Source: Marsupella aquatica (lineage: Eukaryota; Plantae; Marchantiophyta). Taken from it: a DNA stretch of 64,000 nucleotides. This document shows, piece by piece, positions 50,071-62,240 of this stretch. Position 1 is the first letter of the stretch; every line of letters starts with the position of its first letter. The DNA lies in NCBI GenBank assembly GCA_973895155.1, contig OZ316895.1, forward strand, positions 1,238,435 through 1,302,434. Direction: 5' to 3'. Both the position numbers and the translations under genes were made by a program. The notes below the pieces were generated by a model. The model was not told the origin of the DNA. It did not search any database and was given only the letters and a program-made list of their open reading frames with translations.

Positions 50071-52416
50071 TGTAGCGACTGTCCGAAGTTGAGCCTAATG
50101 CATTGTGACTGTATACATTTTGCACGAAAGATAACAAATGAGGGGCCCCTTTTCACTGGGGCTTGCCACAACTCACATGATACTACTTACATTAGGAATA
50201 GTCCCGAGGATGACACAACGCCTGCTTTTGGAACTAACTTTTTTTTGTCATTACTCCTGGATCCCCAACAGGGAGTCCTCAACTTAGTTTGAGTTGAGAC
50301 TTGTGTACTTGCTTTGATTCATTCAGTAAAGGCTGACAGATGTAATCATTCGATTGCGTTGCCCAAATGTGATGCGTGTGCACGACTTGAGAATTGAAAT
50401 TGAAACCAGTCTAGTACTTTGGTGAGGCTAATTAAGTACATGGAGGACGGACACGTGAATTGGGGTTTCGAAAATCAATTGTGCTAGTGTGAAGTAGGTG
50501 TAGGAATGGAGAAGTGTCAAGGATCAGCCTTATTTTGAATTAGAGATGAAATGCCAAAGTTGTCTTCATCTGACTCGAATCTGAGCTGTCGACAGATCTG
50601 GCATACTACAGGCTTTGCTGCTATCGGTCGGCTGGTTTCTTTTACCTTTGTGATTCCATATATTGCACCCCCTCTCTTTTGCTTCTTGTCAGAACATCAG
50701 AAAAGCTGGGTAACTAAAGAATCATGAAATCAATCACTCCAGAGTGTCCTTACCACACCAAACCACGTCCCCTATTTCAGTGATGCCCACTTCTTCCAGT
50801 CCGGAAGTTCTAGTCAGAAGGCAGCGCGAGTCCACTCGAGCTAAATTGTACAACCCCAATAATCGCAAAACACCGATTGTTGACACAGGCTTCAGGCACT
50901 AATTGAGTTCCGAGTAAGAGCATGATACTATACTGCCCAAGGATCCATTTCCAAACCAGATCAAACCAAACCCACTTTACCCAAACCGCAAGCATCTCCC
51001 ACTAAGCTACCGCATACATGTTAAGGTGACTGTAGGAGTGGTCCTTCCACTTTGATTTCCAGCTGGGAAGGACAAGAAGGTTCTTCCATTTTCTTCTTCA
51101 CTGACCCATGTAGCATCTACAGTTCAGACTTGAATCTTCGATAAAGACCCTAAATTTTGCAGAAGGTCCTACCAAACCAAAAACATTGTCACAATCAAAT
51201 TCCACTTTTATACAAGCCTCAAAATATTCAGATTTCCCGAAAGTCTCAATGCCTACAAAGTGCTCGTGCTGGCAGTGGTTGAAAAAGATTCAGATTTTCC
51301 AAAAGCCTCAATGCGAAAAAGTGCTCATGCTCATGCTGGCAGTGGTTGAAGGAAGATGAGAAAGAACGTCTGATACAAGAAACAGGACTGTTCCGTTACC
51401 AGCGCAACCGGCACAGCAACCCTTTGCCTTCATCAGGTGAGGCTTAAGAACAACGGAAAAATTAATGAGTATCGGGAGATTATCGATAACAAAATGATTT
51501 GAGCAGGAGGTTCTGAGACGTGCTCTTCGGGTGAAACGAGCCTACGGTACAGATCGGTTTCAGCAACAGTCACAGTGTATTGAAAGCCATGTCATCCTCG
51601 TAAGCGTCTGCCCACGCCCACGTGGTAGACTCCACAAACTAACACTGAATACGTGTCTACTTCGCTAGGTTTGGTCGCTTGCACCTGTCCACCGAGGCTT
51701 TTATTACGAACTTATCGGACACTCTCCTCGGATGAATTGAGTAGAAGCACAGATTTCCCACCTCAGGTTGGTTCTCCTAATCTTAAACTTAGGAATCAAA
51801 ACTGTGCAGGACGCATCTGAAAGTTTGTACGAGCGTACATTGTATGAGTTGCGCGTGTAGAGAACTAGACGGATTCTTCCACAGGCTGCCTATAGAGGTC
51901 CGTTCACCTAAAACAATTGTAGAATCGGGACTTGGAAAATGATACTCATACTTACGAGCTCAGGAATATACATTTAATGGGCACCAATTTGGCTTAGCTA
52001 CCTTCCTAGGACATGTAACCAATCGCTTGTTTTGTACATTTTGTAATAAAACAGAAAGTTACAATCCTCAAGGAGCCATGGGTGAGTCGGTCCATACAAC
52101 GTGGACGAGTGACTGTCCGAAGCAGAATCTGATGCGGTTTGATGCATTGTTCCTGTATACGTATTGCACCAAAGATAACAAAACCAGGGCCCCATTTCAC
52201 CAGGCCCTGAAAATTACAAGCCTGGAGAATGGTCTAACCCCCAACACTTCTAAATCACAGCTATCCACAAATTCAAGTACTTTTTACTCAAATTTTCCAA
52301 AGCCGTCCCAAGTTGTAGGAAAACTAGTATAAGAAGTCTTTCTGGAATTCATGACCTCAACGCACTCTACAATGACTTGGAAATATTGTATGAACCTCAG
52401 CTTGACTTGCCCGGTG

Positions 52417-52890
52417 TTAAAAGATGGCTACTTCAAAACGCTTCCACATACTGAGCCTTGAATGGTCCACAATCCGCTCGTTCTTCTTGTTGACCAGAAT
52501 CATATCCTCGAATTCAGCATCCCAAATTACATCATTGTCTACCGCAGAGTAGTGCTGCACATGAAAGACTGACCGCATTGATGGTCGCTCCAGGCCAAGG
52601 ATACTTAAGCAGAAAATACCGTCTTCTGTTTTCAACATTTCTGCTGTCTTTTGATACAGAGGGCTGTTCTCATCCATGACATGGCTCACGAGCATGCCAC
52701 GCTTCAAGAAGGAGATGTCTGGACGTACCAGCTTTAGCAGCTGTGTCGCCTGGAAAACAGAACCAGACCTTGTGAGTGCCGTTTGTTCAAGTTAGATCAA
52801 CTTTAGTGTCCACCAATTGACATGGCTGAGCTCCAACCTAGATATATCTTGCCATATATTATCTTGAAACCATTCTCTGAATTTTCTTCG
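52417..52890 (-). pseudogene. Decayed tandem duplicate of the Kir cytoplasmic domain
   Basis: Parallels 53290-53740: MARYI*VGAQPCQLVDTKVDLT, a frameshift, then TRSGSVFQATQLLKLVRPDISFLKRGMLVSHVMDENSPLY...VDHSRLSMWKRF. The 5' part has a stop and indels. The 3' ~115 codons are open. Confidence 0.8.
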
Positions 52891-53272
52891 AGATACGATC
52901 AAGTTTACTCTCATTCCTGGCCGTCGCGCACGATAGGAGAACATTCCAACAACTAACGTGGGCAAGAATAAGCAGGCCCCTACCCTGAGTGGGGAGGCTA
53001 GAATATGACTATCCTAAGCAAACATCACAAAGAGGGGTGTCAGCCCACAATGACCGTCTGCCAAAAGTTCAAGGAAGTCTATACTATACGAACTTTGGAA
53101 TTTTCCAAAACCGTCCCAGTGGCAAGTCTGATACCAAAGAGTCGTCCAAGATTGATCGCCTTCAAAAATGAACATGTCATGAAGTAATTTTCTGTTTTGC
53201 GCTGGAAGAGCTTCATTGTCGAGTGAGTCTGACAACATTGAGCTTGAATTGCCCCTAAATGTCAATGGAAGG

Positions 53273-56200
53273 CTATTTACTACTACTAGTAAAAGGCCTC
53301 CAAACGCTGAGCCTTGAATGGTCCACAACCCGCCTGTTCTTCTTGTTGATGAGAATGATATCCTCAAATTCAGCATCCCAAACTACATCGTTGTCCACCA
53401 CACAGTAGTGCTGCACATGAAACACTGACTGCATTGACGATCGCTCCAGCCCAACCACACTCAAACAGAAAACAGCATCTTCGTTGCTGAGCATCTGTGG
53501 TGTCCGTTGATACAGAGGACTGCTCTCATCAATAACATGTCTGACGAGCATACCATGAGTCAAGAAGGCAATCTCTGGACGTACCAGCTTTAATGACTGT
53601 GTTGCCCGGAAGTAAGAACCAGTCCTTGTGTGGGTATTGTACTTGTATGTCAAATCAACTTTCACATCCACCAATTCACATGGCTGAGGTCCAGCTAAGA
53701 CATATCTTGCCATAAAAACTTTGATGGCATTCTCCTTTCGTTTACGTTGAGCAGGAGAGGCAGACACGAGAGCAACCGCAGAACATCTTAAGGGCTGTGA
53801 CGGCTGAGACAGTCTTGCAAACACAGCACCACTTAGGAAAACAAAAACCAACTGTGCCACGAGTGCATTGAGATTTGCCACAATCAATGTATACGGTGAG
53901 AGCGGTGCAAGCTCAGGTTGCAATCCTGTTGAAAGAGAGAGGCTGAACATGAAAACTTGGAATAAAGTTCTCCATGATATATGCAGTTTCAAACTTTCTC
54001 CTCCAGCTGCAGCAAAGAAATCACGTGCCGTTTCGTCGAATGCCAGTCCCTCAAACTCAGGGAGATATAACAGGGTAAATATCCCACTTACTATGATGGG
54101 GGCGGAAAACATTGCCGCCGCAAACTTTGGGAAAGACTGCTTCAGCATATATGTATAGATGTCATATATCGCGGACAGAATTCCTTGATCCTCTTGCTTG
54201 ACTATAAAATTATCCAGACCCGCCTTCCCTCTGAATTCAGGAAGATCTGATGTTACGTAGGCCTCAAATTCATCATCACTGTCGCTACCATCGTCTTCGT
54301 CATTGCTAAAGAATTCTGTAACTTGCTCTGCTACTTGATGTGCAGTGGTTGAGACACTCTCGGCAACTTGCTCGACCTGCTCATTCACCGTATTTGCAAC
54401 TTGTTCAGCAACATCACTAACATGGTCCACTACGTTACCGACCTGATCAGCAAAATCGCTAACTTGTTCCACAACTTGAACGACCTGTTCAGTGACCTGC
54501 TCATTCACCGTGTTTGCAACTTGTTCAGCAACATCACTAACATGGTCCACTACGTTACCGACGTGATCAGCAAAATCGCTAACTTGTTCCACAACTTGAC
54601 CGACCTGTTCAGTGACCTGCTCATTCACCGTGTTTGCAACTTGCTCGGCAACATCACTAACATGCTCCACAGCGTTACCAACGTGTTCAGCAAAACCACT
54701 AACCTGGTCCACTACCTGACCAACCTGTTCGGTGACTACGTCTGGTAGAACTTCTACAACCTGACCCCCAACCTGGGCAGCTTGTTCCACAACCACCACA
54801 GGTAGCTCTACCACCTTGCTTGCGACTTGTGCTGCTCGTTCCACTATCTCAACAGGAACCACCTTCACTGCAGTCTGCACCGCTTGTTCCAACACAGTCT
54901 CCACGACCTGACTTCCAACCTGCGCAGGTTGTTATCAAACCACAGATTCAATCTTCATAGCATTAGCTCTTTACACTCAACAGCTGCTAGGGCGGTTAAG
55001 ATAATAAGGCAGCTCCTGCCTGCAATTTGAATTTTAGTGCCATCCTATTCAAAGCTCTATCAAAATAATGTGCCAATATCCAATCACGGACTGAATTGTC
55101 TTGGCACCACTCTCAATCCCCCAATTCAAGCAAACATAGAGTTCTTCGCAATTCGAGCTTCACAATCTCTCAGTAGTTCTAGTTTCGTCAGGTTGCATAC
55201 CTTGCTAAGAACATTCAACGGCGTTTCTGGAGAGTCGTCTTCATTGCTTGTATCAATCGTGGAATTGGTATCCACGACACTCGTTAAGGCAATGGAAGTT
55301 TGACCATCTGTGATTGTCGATTCAGCCACTGGGGAAAACTCTGAAGTGCTCTTGACGTATGCTCCTTCCTTGAGTGCCTCAACGGTTGCAAAATTCATGT
55401 TTGCTTCAAAAATTTCAGCTTCGTTCGACGCTGTAACACTGCCATTCATTGACGGAACTTCGTTCGACGCTGTAACACTGCCATTCACTGACGAGAATTT
55501 GCTAGGGGAAGGGACAGCCGGTCGCTCTGCCCCACCAGAAGAAGCTCGAACTCGGTCATTATCACCTCTCTCCTTCACTTTTAAAGTCGATTCAACAACG
55601 GCTTTTGACTTCGATTTCTTTCTCCGCTTCTTTTCGACAGGTAAAGTATCAGATCCAGAGGGAAGCTGCTCAACGTTCTCAGCTTCTGCAATCCTATCTG
55701 ATGGATCAACGTTCTCTGTTTCTGCAATCCTTTCTGTGTTTCGATCGTCGAGCACATTTCCGAAAGAGGATTTCGGTTCAGGAGTAGGGAACACAGTTGC
55801 GTCCACTGAAGACGTCTTCTCAACTGGAATAATTTCATCCTCAATTATTATGTTCTCTGTGACTAAATCCGACTTTTTCGTAAGATTTCCAAAGGCGCTT
55901 GTAGGATCACTCGGTCTCCTGGAGTCCAAGTCCTTAGTTCCTCCGCTGCCCATATCTTCGTGCTCCACTGCTTCATTACCCGCATGCAAAACAACTCCAT
56001 TGGCTTGAGGATTTCCTTCGTCAGACAATTGTGGAGCTTTATGGGAGAAACTGTCGTCCTCCATGCCTTGAAAGTGCCCAAGGAATTCTGTGGTGTCTCC
56101 TTCATGGTTGCTATCCTTCTCATGTGGCCTAGGACTAACACCCAACTCTAGAAGGTATCGCTTATATGACAAGCTCTGCGGGCCATCATCAGAGGATCCA

Positions 56201-56652
56201 TCCTTGCTTATAATCCCTTCAGACACAGCAAAAGCCTCGCACTCCTCTGCGCCCGCAGTGGATTCCCCGCTTTGATCCTCCATAGTTTGCGTGGTACGGG
56301 GCACTTCACTGCCGCTGATGCCATCCTGGTGTTCGTCACCCTCATCTTCCTGCACAGGACGCCTCCTTCTGTTGCGAGATTTCCCATTCGAATTCCCATG
56401 TACTGCGCCAGAAAATCTTCCCAATCCCGCATTCACTGCGGTCGTCGAAGCATTCCTTCTAGCCAATCCGTTCAACTTCCCCGTCTGCAACCGGACAGCC
56501 TGTAGATTAGAGCTGGCACCCTGCTGATGAATTGTATCACCTTCCGAGTTACACCTCCAAGACCCTTTCCCATCCACTGCAGGAGATAGAAAGCATCTGG
56601 TATGGATTGCGGCAGCAGAAGATGAGAGGACGAGGATGGTCGCAGAACTCAT
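53273..56652 (-). CDS. KirBac/inward-rectifier-like channel protein, two exons (56652-55201, 54919-53273), ~1032 aa, with transit-peptide-like N-terminus
   Basis: Donor AAG|GTATGC at 55201/55200 and acceptor TGCGCAG|GTT at 54920/54919, both phase 0, giving ...LNVLSK|VGSQVVETVL. The second exon has no ATG start and a stop lies just upstream of its acceptor. The C-terminal ~300 aa follow Kir architecture: slide helix YDIYTYMLK, TM1, pore FMFS, TM2 GAVFARL, LKLVR, HVIDESSPLY, VVDHSR. Confidence 0.85.
54374..54738 (-). repeat. In-frame coding tandem repeat, 3 x 120 bp (40 aa)
   Basis: GACCTGCTCATTCACCG at 54374, 54494 and 54614. Encodes QVTEQVGQVVEQVSDFADHVGNVVDHVSDVAEQVANTVNE. Confidence 0.93.
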
Positions 56653-57413
56653 GCTGATGAGCTTTCAGAAAGCAAAAGTGGGAGAACGAGCAAAAGTGGG
56701 AGCACGAGCAAAAAAGTAGGTTACCGAACGATCGATCCTACGAACGACGGACCATGATGAGAAACACAACTACTGAATGGAAATTGCCGATCCTAAGTGT
56801 ACACTAACTTCCCTCGTCTGCAGATTCTGCTCCTTCGTGTCCCACCTCGTGACCGAGAGTCCGAGAGAATGCACCTTGTGACCCCAATGTTTGTTGCAGA
56901 AACTAAAACATCTGCTGCCAGCATTGGATCACGTTCCTCGTGTGAAGCAGAACGACAGGAGGTCAAACACCCAATAACTAAAGCGGTCTAAACGCCGAAG
57001 GGCAAACCATCAAACCAATACCAGGCAGATCGAAAAACATCTCGTTCTCTCGGCAGGAATGACATTGTCATCCCAGACCAAAACCCACAAGTTCCTCGAA
57101 TCAGAATCAGAACCGGAACTCCAAATTGTGAAGGAAATTTTTTTTATACCGCCCTGGCGCAAGCTCATCAGGGCACCATTTCATAGCAAGGCACGCGTGA
57201 ATTGCCCCCCACCCCCCGTTCACCGGGCACCACACGATGGCGCTACGCAAGTCAGTATGCATGGTAGGCGGGCTGCAATCAAATACCAAAATGCCGCGCT
57301 GTAACCACTACTAACTTTATCGGTTTCTAGCAGGTTTTAGCTTTTTCGTCAGATTGGCGAATGCAAATGTCCAGTGTTCAAAATATTCATTATTTGATTA
57401 TTTTCATCATAGG

Positions 57414-57620
57414 GAGATCTCTCTATATTTAAAGATGACCACTAGATTTTGGCTAATGGGACCTGCGATTATGTTCACTTTTTGCCCAGAGTGGAGGAAT
57501 GTCTAGTGTGAAAGAGAAGATGCTAAAAATGTTCCTTATTTGATGATTTTTTTTACCGTCAGATCTCCCTAGATTTAAAGATGACCATTGGATTTAGGCT
57601 AATGACACCTGCTATTATGT
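57414..57620. repeat. Degenerate direct duplication, ~146-bp spacing
   Basis: AGATCTC(T/C)CTA(T/G)ATTTAAAGATGACCA...GGCTAATG..ACCTGC..TTATG occurs twice. Confidence 0.7.
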
Positions 57621-58239
57621 GTAACACTGGCTAATGAGACAGAAAAATACTAACTACTTTTCGCTAAAAATGGCGAAAGCTTTTTGGGGGAAGTGTAATT
57701 TGACGAATTTTCGCCACAAAAAAAACTATGTAGCATTTTCCATAAAGCAAATTCTCTGCTTTCCATTTCTTGTCGCGCTCTTATTTGTTCAAGCTCGGCC
57801 TGCCCTAACGCCTCCGCTCCAGCTCACGCAATTGGACGGAATACGAGCGTCCGGCGTTGGGATTAAGCGCGGAGAAATAGGAGCCGCACATCTGAATCGA
57901 TCTGACACGTGGGGCCCAGAGGCGCTTGCACGGCATGCTCCTCACCGCTGAAGAACTGACCGGAACGGGACGTTTTCGACTTTTTCGGGCAACCTCCTCC
58001 GTCCAGTGATGAGTGCGTTGCTGCAGCCATTGGGGCACCGAACATGTGTCGCGAATTAATGGCTCGGGCTGGCTGAGGGAGTGAGGGCAGAGCCAAAGAT
58101 GCCCCAAATTGTCGTTTTAGTGGTCCTTCTGTCGAGTACGGTAGGGCGTACTGTAGATTTGTGTTGGCCGTAGACAGACCGCTTCTGATTCGACGGCGTT
58201 GGCCGTTGGGAATGCGATGGTGGCCCTCTTATTACGCTG

Positions 58240-59130
58240 TTTACTTCTGGGCTCTTCACGCTGTTCACTTTGTTGTTCATTGGGTTTTGTTGAGAGAGTG
58301 GGGCCCTTTTGCTTTTCGGTCTTCTTGGGGTTTTCTCTCAAAATAATGCTCCCATGACCGTAGACAGAAACCATACAATGGGATGGACTAATTGACAATA
58401 TTCCCTGTCACATTGTGAGTAGAGTACAATTCCGTCTATCTGAATTGCCAAAATCCATGGGAACAGTTTTCTCTTGATTTACTCATTTATTCTGAGGTTT
58501 TCATGTTGTCCATTAGGTTTTGTTGAGAGTGCTATATCCAAGATCTTTTTGCTTTTTGGTCTTCTTGGGTTTTTTCCCTTTTCGTTCTCATTTATTCTGA
58601 GCTCTTCATGCTGTTGACTTTGTTGTTCATGGTTTTGTTTAGAGTTTCGGGCCTTTTTGCTTTTAGGTCTTCTTTGGTTTTTTGCCTTCTTTTCCTCATT
58701 TACTCTAAGCTCTTCATGCTGTTCACTTTGTTGTTCATTAGGTTTTGTTGACACTTTCGGGCCTGTTTGCTTTTTGGTCTTCTTTGGGTTTTCCCTTTCT
58801 TTTCCTCATTTATTCTGAGCTCTTCATGCTGTTCACTTTGTTGTTCATTAGGTTTTGTTGACAGTTTCGGGCCTGTTTGCTTTTTGGACTTCTTTGGTGT
58901 TTCCCCTTCCTTTCCTCATTTATTCTGAGCTCTTCATGCTGCCCACTTTTTTGTTCATTAGGATTTGTAGAGAGTCGGGCCTTCTGCTTTTTTGGTCTTT
59001 TAGGGTGCTTCTCTTGTTTGCCTCATTTATTCTGTGCTCTTCATGCTGTTCACTTTGTTGTTCATTACGTTTTGTTGAGAGTCAGGCCTAGCTTTTTTCT
59101 TTTTGGTCTCCTTGGGGTTCTCTCATGTTT
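58240..59130. repeat. T-rich tandem repeat, ~6-7 x 105-110 bp
   Basis: CTCATTTATTCTGAGCTCTTCATGCTGTTCACTTTGTTGTTCATTAGGTTTTGTTGA starts units at ~58482, 58587, 58695, 58805, 58914 and 59022. A detached copy sits near 58250. Confidence 0.9.
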
Positions 59131-59444
59131 TCCTTACTTATTGGTTCTCTTGCATGTGGAATCTTGTCTCCCTGTAGGACCCTTTTTGTTCTTTGATAAA
59201 TTTGCAAACACTGTAGTAAGCAATCTGCCCATTTCTGGGCCATCCGCCAGGCAAGGCATGGTTTACAGGGAGGGACAAGGAAGGGAGAGGAGGAAATGGA
59301 GGAAGAGAAAAGGAACTGAGTGCGGAAAACAAGGAAAAACGGGATTGCAGACCGTAACCAGTCTCACCCCTCCCTTGCCCATCCCTCGAGCCACCTCTCC
59401 ATCCCTCTGGACAAACTTGCTACTACTCTCACCCTCCCTTGCTT

Positions 59445-59789
59445 TGTTGAGCATAGACGACATTCGTAACAACAAGCCCATGAACCATCAAATGCACAAT
59501 AGTCGACATAGAGAGATACGTGGTTCACCTCCACATGAGGCTACGTTCACGGGAACACACAAGAGCTTTACTGCACTCTAGGCCGACCGACCATACCAAG
59601 CATTCACAGCACAAGCTCTCCCTATCTCTCAACTAGCTCCGTAACAATGAGCCTAAGTTCCACCCAGGGTCTGGCATCAGCCCTGGCTATATGCACAACA
59701 GCACTACCGCTAACATTAGCTAAGTCCTAACCCGAGTTAGTCTAACTGTAGTTAGCTCATGAGTCACAAGACTAGAGCAATATCTAACA
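59445..59789 (-). mobile_element. Solo LTR (Copia-like), copy 4
   Basis: TGTTGAGCATAGACG...TATCTAACA with perfect TSD TGCTT. Close match to 34566-34913. Confidence 0.9.
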
Positions 59790-60884
59790 TGCTTGTCCTT
59801 CTGAGAAATGGTCAGCAAGTGCAATGGCCCAACCCAACCGGCAACCTGACTAAGGCTGCATCAATAGCAACATCCACTAACATGGCCAATATGATTGCAA
59901 TGACCGCATGGCCGCAACAACCACATGATTGCAATGACACATAAAATGCTTGAACGACTTCCTTGCCTCACCTGCATGTTTTTCCATTGCATCAACATCT
60001 TCTATGCAACGCGTGGGCATAGGGCTCGTTTATTTATATATGTATACATCTAATTTGATAGGAACATTAATTTGATGTGGCTTTACAAGGCATGAGGGCC
60101 ATTGCCTCTTTTGTTTCTTTTAAGATTCAATCTGATAACTTAGGAGGCTTTGGGAGATATTGCTTTTGAGATTAAATTGACATAAAATGAGTATAAATTA
60201 GTTTGAGGACCCCTTGTTTATGTACGCTTGTTTTATTGAACTATTTGGAGCCATGAAGAGTTGCACATTGGAATAGATAGATGAGAGTACAAAGATTAAA
60301 TGGAGGATTCTAGCTAAATGAAGTGAATTTTAAAGGTCATTAGGACAATTTCATTGAAGACAAATAGGAGTACATTCATGGTAATACCGAGGGTGATTCA
60401 CCATGCAAAACATTTCGCTTAGTACCTCTATGCATGTCCATAAAATATATGTAACATTCAATATGATTCATGAATGGAAAATATTACTTTGTCCATATTA
60501 GTTGAAAGGTTTTAGAGTCCCTTGGTATTCCTCTAAACATAGGAGCCAAAGGGTTTCTTAAGTTTTTCTTATGTTACCTTGGTAAATGTTAGAGTAGTTG
60601 AAGATTTGGATGACAATGCCATTAATACTCAATCCTGGTTTAATGCGTAATTAGGGAAATTGGCCAAACTTTGGCAATTGCACTTAAGCAAATGACAAGG
60701 CTTTGAGTTACACATACAACACAAGTTTGGGTTTCTTTGAGATAAATCCCTTGGGCAGCACTTTTGGGAGTTTATTCTCCTTGACCAGCCCTCACTATTG
60801 AGTTACTTTTTGATATATCTTTTTCCAACTCTCATACTAAACTCATGGGCACACACTCTTTCAAGGCTATGTGACATAACCAAT

Positions 60885-61170
60885 AAATTGTCTTTAGGGC
60901 GTCTCAAAACTGACAATTTCATGGAGCTTAACTCCCTAGTTACTGGTTACTGACACACAAAGTTAAGGACTAAAACTTTCCTAGTCCATAACTTTCCGCC
61001 AGTAGGATTGGTAGTATGCCATTTACTGCCAGTCAGTCTAGAGTCTAGTGAAAGAAAACACAAAAAACACTTTTCCAGAACCTTGTGAAAAATTTATGAC
61101 CATTTCTTTAAGGCGAATGTCATCATTCCTAATTTCAAAGCTTCAAGACGCCTTATTGAGTTACTGTCTT
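60885..61170. repeat. Dispersed repeat, inverted homolog of ~24365-24650
   Basis: Collinear reverse-complement similarity, e.g. CTCCCTAGTTA, GTATGCCATT...CAGTCA.TCTAGAG, TTATGAC, AAGCTT...CCTTATTGAGTTAC. Confidence 0.7.
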
Positions 61171-62240
61171 TTAAATGACTTTATTTTTCAGCCCTTAAAT
61201 AGGAAAAGAGCTGCGCTGGAGTGATAAGTGACAAAGAAAACCTTTATGACCACTAAACACTAAGGTTTAAGGCACATTAAAGTCATAATGGGTGCATTTT
61301 GACCTGTCTTGGATGCCCAGGGTTAATTTAGATGTAGATTACAAATGAAAGAATTGGTGTATTACATTGTCTTGTCGAGGTGACCAAACCGTGGTACTTT
61401 AAGTTACTCCAAAGCTAGAATGGAATCGTGGGTTAGGAACTCCAACAGGACTCGTTTATCATGCCACCTTCCACCAAGAAAAGAAAATAAAAGAAGCTGG
61501 GCACTGAGTCATCCATGCAGGGGTACTAATGTTGGCATGTGGAAGACAGGTTTTGACACGTGCTGCCTTCACAAATCTCCAAGTTACTTGTTGAGAGACA
61601 AGCCAATCCATCGATGACAAGAGGCAAACTCCGTCCCTAGTACGTTTTCTTTTGCAGATTCCTGCTTTCCATGGATCACAGCATTGGAAGACAATAATTA
61701 TGTTGAAAAACTTTTGTTTAGGTAGTTCAGCAGAGTGTGAAAAACACAAAGTACTATGGTTTACGATTTCAGTGGTGGAACAATTTGGCATACACAGCTC
61801 TCTCAGGGTGGAGGAAACAAAAGCGCCCAGTAACTGTTTGCGTTCCTTCTTCTCAGCCAAGATTCTGATGCCTGATAAACAGCGACGAATTTGAGGCTCG
61901 TTGGGATACTTTATGTAATGCATTCACACATATTGTAGTCCTGTAGCTCTAGACGAATTTGAGGTTCGTTGGGATTCTGTATGTAATAATGGATTCACAT
62001 GTAGTCCTGTAGCTCTAGAAGAAGGAGAAGAATAAGAAAAGTAGCAGAAGCGGGAGGAGGAGGAGAAGCAGAAGACGTAGCGTTGGCAAGAAACAAGGGA
62101 AGAAAGCGATCGAAGTTCTTCAGTTATCTTTTTCTGAGGATTGGTAAGTAGAAACGAGAAAATCAACCAGACGTGTTGCTCCATCCCGTCGGTAACAGGA
62201 GAAGAATAGAGAGGACTGTTGTCAATCAGAAACGGAAGCA

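Noticed and set aside
55126-56652. 508-aa ORF as a stand-alone gene
   Set aside because: A strong donor at 55200 and the ATG-less, acceptor-preceded ORF downstream fit better with exon 1 of the Kir-like gene.
47324-59130. Tandem arrays (47.3 kb, 58.5 kb, also 24 kb) as CRISPR-like arrays
   Set aside because: Whole units repeat with no unique spacers, there are no cas genes, and the context is eukaryotic.
58479-59581. ORFs of 91-234 aa in the T-rich array
   Set aside because: They are products of repeat composition running into a solo LTR.
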